Origin: Flavobacteriales bacterium UBA3364
GTDB lineage: Bacteria; Bacteroidota; Bacteroidia; Flavobacteriales_F; PHOS-HE28
NCBI GenBank assembly: GCA_002360495.1
Contig: DEQO01000077.1
Coordinates: 11,572-75,571, forward strand
Length of the DNA: 64,000 nt
Direction: 5' to 3'
The notes under the pieces were generated by a model. It was given only the letters and a program-made list of their open reading frames with translations. It was not told the DNA's origin and did not search any database. Made by a program: the position numbers and the translations under genes. Within the stretch, counting starts at the first letter, position 1, and the number at the start of each line of letters is the position of its first letter. Below are positions 38,371-45,593 of the stretch, piece by piece.

Positions 38371-38493
38371 CCGCGACTGTTCAAGGTGTACGAGAAGGCA
38401 GGGACGCTACGGATCAGTGTGCAGGATGTGAAGAACATCGAGGTGGCGAAAGCGGCGATGGAGAGTGTGGTGGGGGTGAAGGAGGTGGTCTGA
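38371..38493 (+). pseudogene. Displaced or duplicated 3' fragment of mfd (direct repeat copy B)
   Basis: It translates in frame to PRLFKVYEKAGTLRISVQDVKNIEVAKAAMESVVGVKEVV*, compared with mfd ..RRFKVYEKAGTLRISVQDVKNIEGAKAAMESVVGTPIGV*. It is preceded directly by a TAA stop at 38368-38370, so only ~40 codons survive. Confidence 0.8.
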
Positions 38494-38507
38494 ACTATCT
38501 TCGATCC

Positions 38508-38732
38508 GTGGCCACGAGATCAAAGCGACCGCAGAAACCGAAGCCGACTTCGGGGAAGGCGCTTACCGTGGTGAGCGAGCCGCAAGCCGTGTACGCGCGA
38601 CGGTCTCCGCGCAAAGCTGCGCCCAAGCGGCCGAAGCAGAAAGGCTACGATGCTAAGCGCTCCTCCGGGATGATCCCCGGCATAGCTGCGCGCATGAAGG
38701 AGTATTTGAAGACCATGCGCGATGACCGCTAA
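38508..38732 (+). CDS. Candidate antitoxin partner of VapC (atypical, highly basic)
   Basis: This 74-aa ORF has a GTG start and overlaps the PIN gene by 11 nt, the classic type II arrangement. The sequence is Lys/Arg/Pro-rich with no recognisable DNA-binding fold. Only the last ~20 aa (MIPGIAARMKEYLKTMRDDR) look helical. Confidence 0.4.
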   Translation: MATRSKRPQKPKPTSGKALTVVSEPQAVYARRSPRKAAPKRPKQKGYDAKRSSGMIPGIAARMKEYLKTMRDDR

Positions 38733-39090
38733 GTCGCTGCTGGTCGATACCAACGTATTGATCCACCACTGGGACGGCGATGCGCGTACAACGCCACTGT
38801 TGGAAGACGCTATCATCCACGCCTCCTTCGTCACCGAGATCGAGATCCTCGGTTTCCATGGCTACACGGCCCATGAGCGCGCGAAAGTCATCGCCGACCT
38901 GTCATTCATCAAGATCGTGGACCTCGATGCCGGGATCAAGTCAGCAGCCATTGATCTGCGCGTTCGCTATCGAATGAAACTCGCCGATGCGCTGATCGCA
39001 GCGACCGCCATCCGGCTCGGAGTACCGCTTGTCACAGAAGACAAGCACTTCAAGAAGCTGAAGGACGAGCTCACACTGCATCTGCTCTAA
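38722..39090 (+). CDS. vapC: PIN-domain ribonuclease toxin (VapC family)
   Basis: 122 aa. The acidic PIN residues are in the expected context: LLVDTNVLI, TEIEILG, LADALIAATA, VTEDKHF. Confidence 0.88.
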   Translation: MTAKSLLVDTNVLIHHWDGDARTTPLLEDAIIHASFVTEIEILGFHGYTAHERAKVIADLSFIKIVDLDAGIKSAAIDLRVRYRMKLADALIAATAIRLGVPLVTEDKHFKKLKDELTLHLL

Positions 39091-39186
39091 AGGCTCCCGA
39101 ATTTCCGCGACACGTCAGGCACCCTGCGCATCAGCGCGCTGAGGTAGCAGCCTCGACCTAAGGCCCGAACCGATTCTTCGATCGCC

Positions 39187-40038
39187 TCAGGCAGCGAAGA
39201 ACGCCAACGCCCGCTTCACGAAATCCTCATGGTGTTGGAACACGGCACCATGCGCGGCCTCCTCGTAGATGTGGAGCGCAGCGTTCGGGAAGCGCTTCGC
39301 CATGTCGTAGGAGTTGGGTGTGGGAACCATGCGGTCGTTGTCGCCGTTGATCACAAGCACGGGCTGCTTGAACACGGAGAGATCAGCGGGTTGCTCGTGG
39401 CCCCAGTCGCGTATCGCGTGCAATTGGGTCCGAATGGTGCTGACCGGCACGGCTTTGTCCCGGTCCGCGGTGCGCTCCTTCAAGCGAGCCAGGAAGTTGC
39501 GCGCAGCGTTCTTCCCATTCGTCGTGGTGGTGAAGAACAAGTAGAACTTGGCATCGCGGAAGGTGAAGATCCCTTTGACGATGTCCCAATAGGTGATCCC
39601 AACCACATCGCTGACGCCCTTTCCGCCTCGCGGTCCGGAGCCCGCAAGGACAAGCTTTCGCACCAGCGTGGGTTCCATGGCCATCAATTCCTGCGCGATG
39701 AAGCCGCCCATGGAGAAGCCGATGATGTCCACTTGCGAATAGCCGAGTGCTTTGATGAAGGCGAGACCATCCTTGGCCATGTCCTGAATGGACGTTGCGA
39801 CTGTGCCAGAGGTGGATCCCACACCGCGTGTATCAAAGGAGATGATCTCGTGTTTGGCGGCCAAGCCATCCATCACACGCGGATCGCAGTTGTCCAGGTT
39901 GGCGGAGAGGTGGTTGAAGTATATGACAGGCACGGCTTGGCGGTTGCCGAGCCTGCGGTAGGCGTATTTGATGCCGTTAGCTGCGGTGATGAACTGCGTG
40001 GGTACTGTTGCGTAAGTGGTGTGTGATCGAGCTTCCAT
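39187..40038 (-). CDS. Alpha/beta-fold hydrolase
   Basis: 283 aa. It has the nucleophile elbow GFSMGG, an oxyanion HLSAN region and a C-terminal AAHGAVFQH histidine. Confidence 0.88.
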   Translation of the reverse strand: MEARSHTTYATVPTQFITAANGIKYAYRRLGNRQAVPVIYFNHLSANLDNCDPRVMDGLAAKHEIISFDTRGVGSTSGTVATSIQDMAKDGLAFIKALGYSQVDIIGFSMGGFIAQELMAMEPTLVRKLVLAGSGPRGGKGVSDVVGITYWDIVKGIFTFRDAKFYLFFTTTTNGKNAARNFLARLKERTADRDKAVPVSTIRTQLHAIRDWGHEQPADLSVFKQPVLVINGDNDRMVPTPNSYDMAKRFPNAALHIYEEAAHGAVFQHHEDFVKRALAFFAA

Positions 40039-40153
40039 CTGTTTCTCTTGAGGGGTGACCTGAGTTTCGTACTATTGCTTGCTATTTGCAAGTGCAAACG
40101 TAATGCTCCACTTGTACTATGCAAGTGCTATTGGCAAAAAACTCCCTTCAACC

Positions 40154-40558
40154 ATGAAACCCCTGCGTTCCGATTGCCCCGTGAGCCGCTCCCTGGACAT
40201 CTGGGGGGACAAGTGGTCCCTGCTGATCATCCGCGACCTGTTCCTCGCGAAGCAGCTTACCTATGGCGAACTCCTGAAGGCTCCCGAAGGGATCGCGACC
40301 AACATCCTGGCCGCACGGTTGCAGCTATTGGAGCAGAGCGGACTGATCGAGAAGTTGGAACACCCGGACAGCAAAGCCAAGGTGCTGTACAAGCTGACAC
40401 CGATGGGCGTGGACCTTCTGCCGATCATGATCGAGATCAACCTCTGGGCGGAGAAGTATTTCCCGATCCCCGCCGACCGCAAGGCCATGCTGAAGGAGGT
40501 GAAGAAGGACAAGGAGGGCTTCATCAAGAACGCGATGAAGGAGTTGAAGAGGGCTTAA
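40154..40558 (+). CDS. HxlR-family winged-helix transcriptional regulator
   Basis: 134 aa starting MKPLRSDCPVSRSLDIWGDKWSLLIIRDL (ATG at 40154). It is divergent from the hydrolase gene, a common HxlR pairing. Confidence 0.9.
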   Translation: MKPLRSDCPVSRSLDIWGDKWSLLIIRDLFLAKQLTYGELLKAPEGIATNILAARLQLLEQSGLIEKLEHPDSKAKVLYKLTPMGVDLLPIMIEINLWAEKYFPIPADRKAMLKEVKKDKEGFIKNAMKELKRA

Positions 40559-40710
40559 CCCATAGGGTCCCCCTTCCCCGCCCCCTCCAACTCCTCGATC
40601 GTCTTCCGCGCCGCCTCCAAGCGCACCCTATTGTTCTTGCCCCCAGCATGTTGGTGGTCCAGTGCTCCATGCGGTGGTGCATCGGAATGAGCGGTGCGGC
40701 GATGGCCGCC
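40555..40710 (-). pseudogene. Frameshifted 3' relic of a fourth TPR/3-TM family gene
   Basis: The DNA aligns with the 3' ends of the three genes at 42.7-47.1 kb and encodes ..IPMHHRMEHWTTNML / ..KNNRVRLEAARKTIEELEGAGKGDPMG*. A 1-nt deletion relative to the intact copies splits it across two frames. Similarity stops near 40706. Confidence 0.7.
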
Positions 40711-40802
40711 ACCGACCAGGCGACAAGAACACAAGACGCGCATGGGATGCCCCGTTCGGCCAATTACCGGGACCGCCAATGCAGGTTGGTACATTCGCCG
40801 GC

Positions 40803-41408
40803 ATGCTAAACTCCCAGCCTCGGAGATCACGCAGTTCGCTCATCGCTTCGCTGCTGCTGTGCGCGGTGACCGGTGCGGCGCAGGATGGCCAGCGACTGAG
40901 CGTTTCCCTGTACAACCAAAGCACTGCGATCCCCTATACGCGGTTCTTCACCACACCGGTACATCCTGGCTTTCAGGTGGCGGCGGAATTCGACCTGAAC
41001 GACAGACCACACGGTCGCGCGTTCGCTGCGGCTCACCTCGGCTACTTCTATCATCGTCACCTCGCGCAAGGGTTCTATGTGGGCGGGGATCTCGGGTATG
41101 AGGCACGCACCCGAGCCGGGATCAGCTTCGCCGGCCTCCTTGGGCTGGGCTACCTCCGGACCTACGTCACACAGCCGGAGTACATCTTCCAGAACGGCCA
41201 ATATCTACGAAGGCCCGACAAAGGCAATGGCCGCTTGATGCCATCGCTCTCCGTGGAGACCGGCTACTACTTCGACCAGGAACGGAACAGCACGCAGCTG
41301 TTCGTGCGCTATCAAAGCTGGGTGGAATACCCGTACTCACCCGGCTTCATTGAACTGATGTCCCACATCAACCTGCACCTGGGGGTGCGCTTCACGCTTG
41401 GCCAATGA
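40803..41408 (+). CDS. Hypothetical outer-membrane beta-barrel protein
   Basis: 201 aa starting MLNSQPRRSRSSLIASLLLCAVTGAAQ. It has Tyr/Gly-rich alternating strands. Confidence 0.6.
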   Translation: MLNSQPRRSRSSLIASLLLCAVTGAAQDGQRLSVSLYNQSTAIPYTRFFTTPVHPGFQVAAEFDLNDRPHGRAFAAAHLGYFYHRHLAQGFYVGGDLGYEARTRAGISFAGLLGLGYLRTYVTQPEYIFQNGQYLRRPDKGNGRLMPSLSVETGYYFDQERNSTQLFVRYQSWVEYPYSPGFIELMSHINLHLGVRFTLGQ

Positions 41409-42604
41409 GCTTCCACATGCTTACACGTTCATCCGTGATCGCCGTGCTGCTTTCCGCGCTGCTGTTCTCCTGCGAGAAAGGCGAGAAGATCGAACCGGAC
41501 TTCTATGCATGCTCCTTCACGCACGCCGACAGCAGCACGAGCCACCCGGAACGCTCCAGCTACCAGGGCCTGCTCCAAGCCATGACCGGCGAAGGCGTTC
41601 CAGGCGTGCTGATGAGCGTGAACGATCCCGTGCACGGGGAATGGAACGGCGCGGAAGGGATGGCGGACCTCTTCAACCGTTACCCGATGCGGCCGTGCAA
41701 CATCTCGCGGTTGGGCAGCACGGTCAAGACCTTCACCGCCACCACCATCATGCTGTTGCAGGAAGAGGGAAAGCTGGACCTGGACGACCGCATCGCCGAG
41801 CACCTCAGCGGCGAACCGATCGACCGGTTGGCGAACGCTGACCAGGTGACCATTCGCCAATGTCTTCAGCACAGTAGCGGCATCCCCAACTACATCGCGA
41901 GCGCACAGTTCCAGACCGCCTCGCTCAACGACCTGATCCGGGTCTGGCATCCCGAGGACCTACTGGCCTACGCGTACGACAAGCCCGCCGATTTCGAGCC
42001 GGGCAGCGACGTGCGCTATTCCAATACACCGTACATCCTGCTGGGCATGCTGATCGAGCACATCGAAGGAAAACCGTTCCATCAGGTCTTTGAGGAGAAG
42101 CTCTTTGGTCCCCTGGGGCTCTCGTCGATGCGCTTCGCTGCCACGGACAATGTGCCCGATGGCATCGTGCGCGGCTACGTGGACTTCTACAGCAACCTCA
42201 ACGTGATCGAAAGCACGTACTACAGCGGCTGGGACTATTTCACTGCGGATGGCGGACTGATCGGCAACCCGCACGACCTGGGCTCGTTCCTGCGTGCGCT
42301 CGCTGGCGGACAGGTGATCAACGCAGCATCGCTGGCTGAAATGACCACCTGGAGGGCGCCAAGCGAGACCGACGACGCTTTCTTTCCGATCCAATACGGG
42401 CTCGGCATCTTCCGCATGGAGACCCCTTGGGGGGAGGCCTGGTTCCACAGCGGTGATGCGATCGGGTACTACGCATGCATGGCCTACTTCCCGACACAGG
42501 GCACGAGCATTACATGGGCCGTGAACGGCAACTACGGCCTGATCGACGAGGCCACGCAGACCCGAACCGCCATGGAACGCATCTTCGGCACCGTCCTGCC
42601 ATGA
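41405..42604 (+). CDS. Beta-lactamase-fold serine hydrolase (class C / PBP4*-like)
   Basis: 399 aa. It has a signal peptide with lipobox (LLFSC), an SxxK motif (GSTVKTF) and a YxN motif (RYSNTPY). The start overlaps the upstream stop in ATGA. Confidence 0.88.
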   Translation: MSFHMLTRSSVIAVLLSALLFSCEKGEKIEPDFYACSFTHADSSTSHPERSSYQGLLQAMTGEGVPGVLMSVNDPVHGEWNGAEGMADLFNRYPMRPCNISRLGSTVKTFTATTIMLLQEEGKLDLDDRIAEHLSGEPIDRLANADQVTIRQCLQHSSGIPNYIASAQFQTASLNDLIRVWHPEDLLAYAYDKPADFEPGSDVRYSNTPYILLGMLIEHIEGKPFHQVFEEKLFGPLGLSSMRFAATDNVPDGIVRGYVDFYSNLNVIESTYYSGWDYFTADGGLIGNPHDLGSFLRALAGGQVINAASLAEMTTWRAPSETDDAFFPIQYGLGIFRMETPWGEAWFHSGDAIGYYACMAYFPTQGTSITWAVNGNYGLIDEATQTRTAMERIFGTVLP

Positions 42605-42708
42605 CCCCTGCAGGCTGGTGAAGTGACCATGCATGAACGTTGGACCAGCGCGAAAGGGATCGCACGGTAGTTGAGCGGGCCGGTCGCCCAAAGCCCGGCC
42701 CAAGCCAC

Positions 42709-44160
42709 CTAACTATCACCTTTCCCGGACCCTTCATCCGCCGCAGCGCTGGCGGAAGCGGACTCCAACTCCTCGATCGTCCTCCTCGCCGCCTCCAACC
42801 GCACGCGGTTGTTCTTGCTCGCGAGCATGTTGGTGATCCAGTGCTCCATGCGGTGGTGCATGGGAATGAGCAACCCAGCGATCGCCGCCATACAAAGCAA
42901 CATGAGGATCGGCGAGTGGTCGGTGATGCGATCAAGGAGTGGATGCAGCAACAGGTTGATGAACTCGAAGAAGAGCAGCAGCGCGATGAGCGAGAGGTTC
43001 TTGATGGCCTTGGCGCCCACCACCGCCGTGCGGCTGAACACGAGCAGGAAGATGCCGAGCGTGATGACGATGAGCGCGATGATCCCGAACTGGATGTTGC
43101 GGGAGCGTGTGGCGAGTTCCTCCGCGCGCACCTTGGCGTCCTCACGGTCCTTCAGTTCCTGCTCCAAGGCCATGTTCTGGAGCTTGTTCAGGTTCGCTGT
43201 GCTCCTAAGGCTGTCGTTGAAGAGCGCCTTCATTTCCGAGTAATGGAAAGCACTATCCAAGCGGCCTTGCACCTTGTAGGCTGCGCGCAAGAGGTCTGCC
43301 GCGTTGATCGTGCCCGTAAGCCCAAAGCCACGGCTCACCGCCAGACCGCGCTGGCCATCGGTGATCGCTCCGGCCACATTCTGCAAATCAAGATGCATGC
43401 GACCGCGCCCCACGAGCGCCTGGATGAGCGGTGCCGCAACATTGAAGGAATCGGCCACTTCGATCGCCCGTGTGAAATGCACCTCGGCCAGAACGCTGTC
43501 CCGCTTGGCCGCATAGGCCGCTCCCAGCAAGTAGTAGGATCGCGCATAGCCATAGGGATCATCCGAAGGCCGGTCGATGATGTTCGAGCGCTGTGCGAAG
43601 TATAAGGCTGAGTCCGCCTGCCCCATGAGACGATAACAATCGCTCAATTGGCAGTTCGTGCGATTCACCTCCGGCACCGAACGCACGTTCGCGATCGCCT
43701 TCTTCAAGAGATCAAGACTGCGCGGATAGTCCCCGAGGTTCTTGTGGACGACCGCGATCTCCTTGTCCGCAACTCCCACGTACTCCACGCTGCCCGCCGT
43801 TTCGGCCAGAGCACGGGCCCTGTAGAAGTATTTTAGCGAGCCCTGGGGGTCAGCTGCGGTGGCATTACCGAGGACCATATACGCCTCAACGACAAGGGTG
43901 TCCACACCGATCGCCTCAGCAAGATCCAGCGCATCCTTTGCTGACACTGTCGCCGACGCGGTGTTCCCCGCGTAGTAACAAGCCCACGCATGGTTGCTGG
44001 TGATCCAGAAGCGTTCGAGAACTGGGCGTGACTTGTCGTGACGGGTGTCAAGCGAATCGTATTCGGGATCGATGCCGTACTTCTGGGCAACAGCGCAAGC
44101 ACAAGCAGCTAACCCTAGCATGAATACCAATGACCGCATCATCGCTAACGGTTTCATCAT
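42709..44160 (-). CDS. Signal peptide + TPR + coiled coil + 3-TM protein, paralogue 1
   Basis: 483 aa. It has signal peptide MRSLVFMLGLAACACAVAQ, TPR-like helix pairs, the coiled coil LEQELKDREDAKVRAEE, three hydrophobic helices and the tail HHRMEHWITNMLASKNNRVRLEAARRTIEELE. Confidence 0.8.
   Translation of the reverse strand: MMKPLAMMRSLVFMLGLAACACAVAQKYGIDPEYDSLDTRHDKSRPVLERFWITSNHAWACYYAGNTASATVSAKDALDLAEAIGVDTLVVEAYMVLGNATAADPQGSLKYFYRARALAETAGSVEYVGVADKEIAVVHKNLGDYPRSLDLLKKAIANVRSVPEVNRTNCQLSDCYRLMGQADSALYFAQRSNIIDRPSDDPYGYARSYYLLGAAYAAKRDSVLAEVHFTRAIEVADSFNVAAPLIQALVGRGRMHLDLQNVAGAITDGQRGLAVSRGFGLTGTINAADLLRAAYKVQGRLDSAFHYSEMKALFNDSLRSTANLNKLQNMALEQELKDREDAKVRAEELATRSRNIQFGIIALIVITLGIFLLVFSRTAVVGAKAIKNLSLIALLLFFEFINLLLHPLLDRITDHSPILMLLCMAAIAGLLIPMHHRMEHWITNMLASKNNRVRLEAARRTIEELESASASAAADEGSGKGDS
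42763..43107. repeat. Conserved C-terminal module repeat, copy 1
   Basis: This 345-nt block encodes RSRNIQFGIIAL...RRTIEELE and is alignable without gaps to 44181-44525 and 45624-45968. Confidence 0.85.
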
Positions 44161-45590
44161 TGTGCCTTGTCGCCTTTGGCCTCCAGTTCTTCGATAGTCC
44201 TTCTCGCCGCCTCAAGCCTCACCCTATTGTTCTTGCTCACCAGCATGTTGGTGATCCAGTGCTCCATGCGGTGATGCATCGGAATGAGCAGCGCGGCGAT
44301 GGCGGCCATGCACAGCAGCATCAGCAAGGGCGAATGGTGCGTGATCTCGCCCAGCACCGGATGCACCAGCAGGTTGATGAACTCGAAGAAGAGCAGCAGC
44401 GCGATAAGCGAGAGGTTCTTGATGGCCTTCGCGCCCACCACCGCCGTGCGGCTGAACACCAGCAGGAAGATGCCCAGCGTGATGACGATGAGCGCGATGA
44501 TGCCGAACTGGATGTTGCGGGAGCGCTCCTGCTCGGCTTCTATGCGCGCTTGTTCCTCTTCCTTGTCTTTTAGCTGCTGGCCGAACCGCATGTTCTCCAC
44601 CTTGCTCAGCTTTTCGGCGCTCACCAGGCTGTCCTGCAAGGTGGCATGCAGTTTCAGGATGAGGTAAGCGCTGTCCGGCTTGCCTGCGGCGTGATAGGCT
44701 CGCTCCAATAGGTCAGTGGCCTCGATGGAGGAGGGCAGGTTCTCCGAGCGCTCGGCCACAGCCAGGGCACGCTGTCCAAGACCGACCGCAGCGTTGGGGT
44801 CGCCTGCGGAAAGCCGCACATGGGCCGCACCCACCAGCGCAACAGGCATCACCCGCACCACGCCGAACGAATCGCATACGGCGATCGCCTTGCGGAAAAA
44901 AAGCTCGGCCATGTCCAACTCATTCTTGGCAGCGTACGCCTTGCCCAGCACCTGCTGCGAACGGGCGTAGCCGTACGGATCCATCGCCGCGGACGTGATG
45001 ATGTTGGATGCCTGCGCATGGAACATGGCAGAGTCCAACAGGCCGATGGCTGCATACGCCTCGCTCAAATGGCAATGCGTGCGGTTCACTTCCACCCAAC
45101 CCTTCACATGCCCCTCAGCGCGCTTCATCCAGTTGATCGCTTCGCGGAACTGCCCCATCTGTTTGTACAGGACGCCGATCTCCTTCTCCACCCAGCCGAT
45201 CAGACTTGACCTCCCGCTCCGCTCCGCGTGCTCCAGCCCCTTGTGCATGTACTCCAGGCCCTTGCCGGGGTCGCTCTCCTTGCACGAATAGCTCACCATC
45301 AGGTAGGTCTGGCCCAGCGTCGAGTCCTCCTTCGCTTCGGGCACCAGATCCAGCATGAACAGTGCTGTGCTTCGCAGTTCTTCGGCGCGCCCGGCGTACA
45401 AACAAGCGATGGCGTGATCCTTCGCTGCTTCGAGGCGGACGTCTATTGACCGTGACTTGTCATGCCGCACATCGAGCGTGTCCAATTGGGCGATGCCGAA
45501 TTGCGCATGGCCTACCATCGACGACATGCCGAGCATCACGGTGACAAGCCCAATGCGTAGTGACTTCATTCGGTCCCTAGTGGCTTTCAT
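44157..45590 (-). CDS. Signal peptide + TPR + coiled coil + 3-TM protein, paralogue 2
   Basis: 477 aa with the same architecture. Its stop overlaps the paralogue 1 start (ATGA at 44157-44160). Confidence 0.8.
   Translation of the reverse strand: MKATRDRMKSLRIGLVTVMLGMSSMVGHAQFGIAQLDTLDVRHDKSRSIDVRLEAAKDHAIACLYAGRAEELRSTALFMLDLVPEAKEDSTLGQTYLMVSYSCKESDPGKGLEYMHKGLEHAERSGRSSLIGWVEKEIGVLYKQMGQFREAINWMKRAEGHVKGWVEVNRTHCHLSEAYAAIGLLDSAMFHAQASNIITSAAMDPYGYARSQQVLGKAYAAKNELDMAELFFRKAIAVCDSFGVVRVMPVALVGAAHVRLSAGDPNAAVGLGQRALAVAERSENLPSSIEATDLLERAYHAAGKPDSAYLILKLHATLQDSLVSAEKLSKVENMRFGQQLKDKEEEQARIEAEQERSRNIQFGIIALIVITLGIFLLVFSRTAVVGAKAIKNLSLIALLLFFEFINLLVHPVLGEITHHSPLLMLLCMAAIAALLIPMHHRMEHWITNMLVSKNNRVRLEAARRTIEELEAKGDKAQ
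44181..44525. repeat. Conserved C-terminal module repeat, copy 2
   Basis: It contains a 71-nt run (44335-44405) identical to 45778-45848. Confidence 0.85.
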
Positions 45591-45593
45591 GAG

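Noticed and set aside
37101-38493. The mfd-end insertion as a complete, active integrative element or prophage remnant.
   Set aside because: No integrase, excisionase, transposase or phage genes lie within or beside it. It is reported only as an insertion footprint with one cargo gene.
42510-43145. A 211-aa Ser/Arg/Cys-rich minus-strand ORF overlapping the 3' end of TPR/3-TM paralogue 1 in another frame.
   Set aside because: It is an alternative frame of the highly conserved C-terminal module. The conserved frame, shared by all three paralogues and the relic, is the one encoding TM helices.
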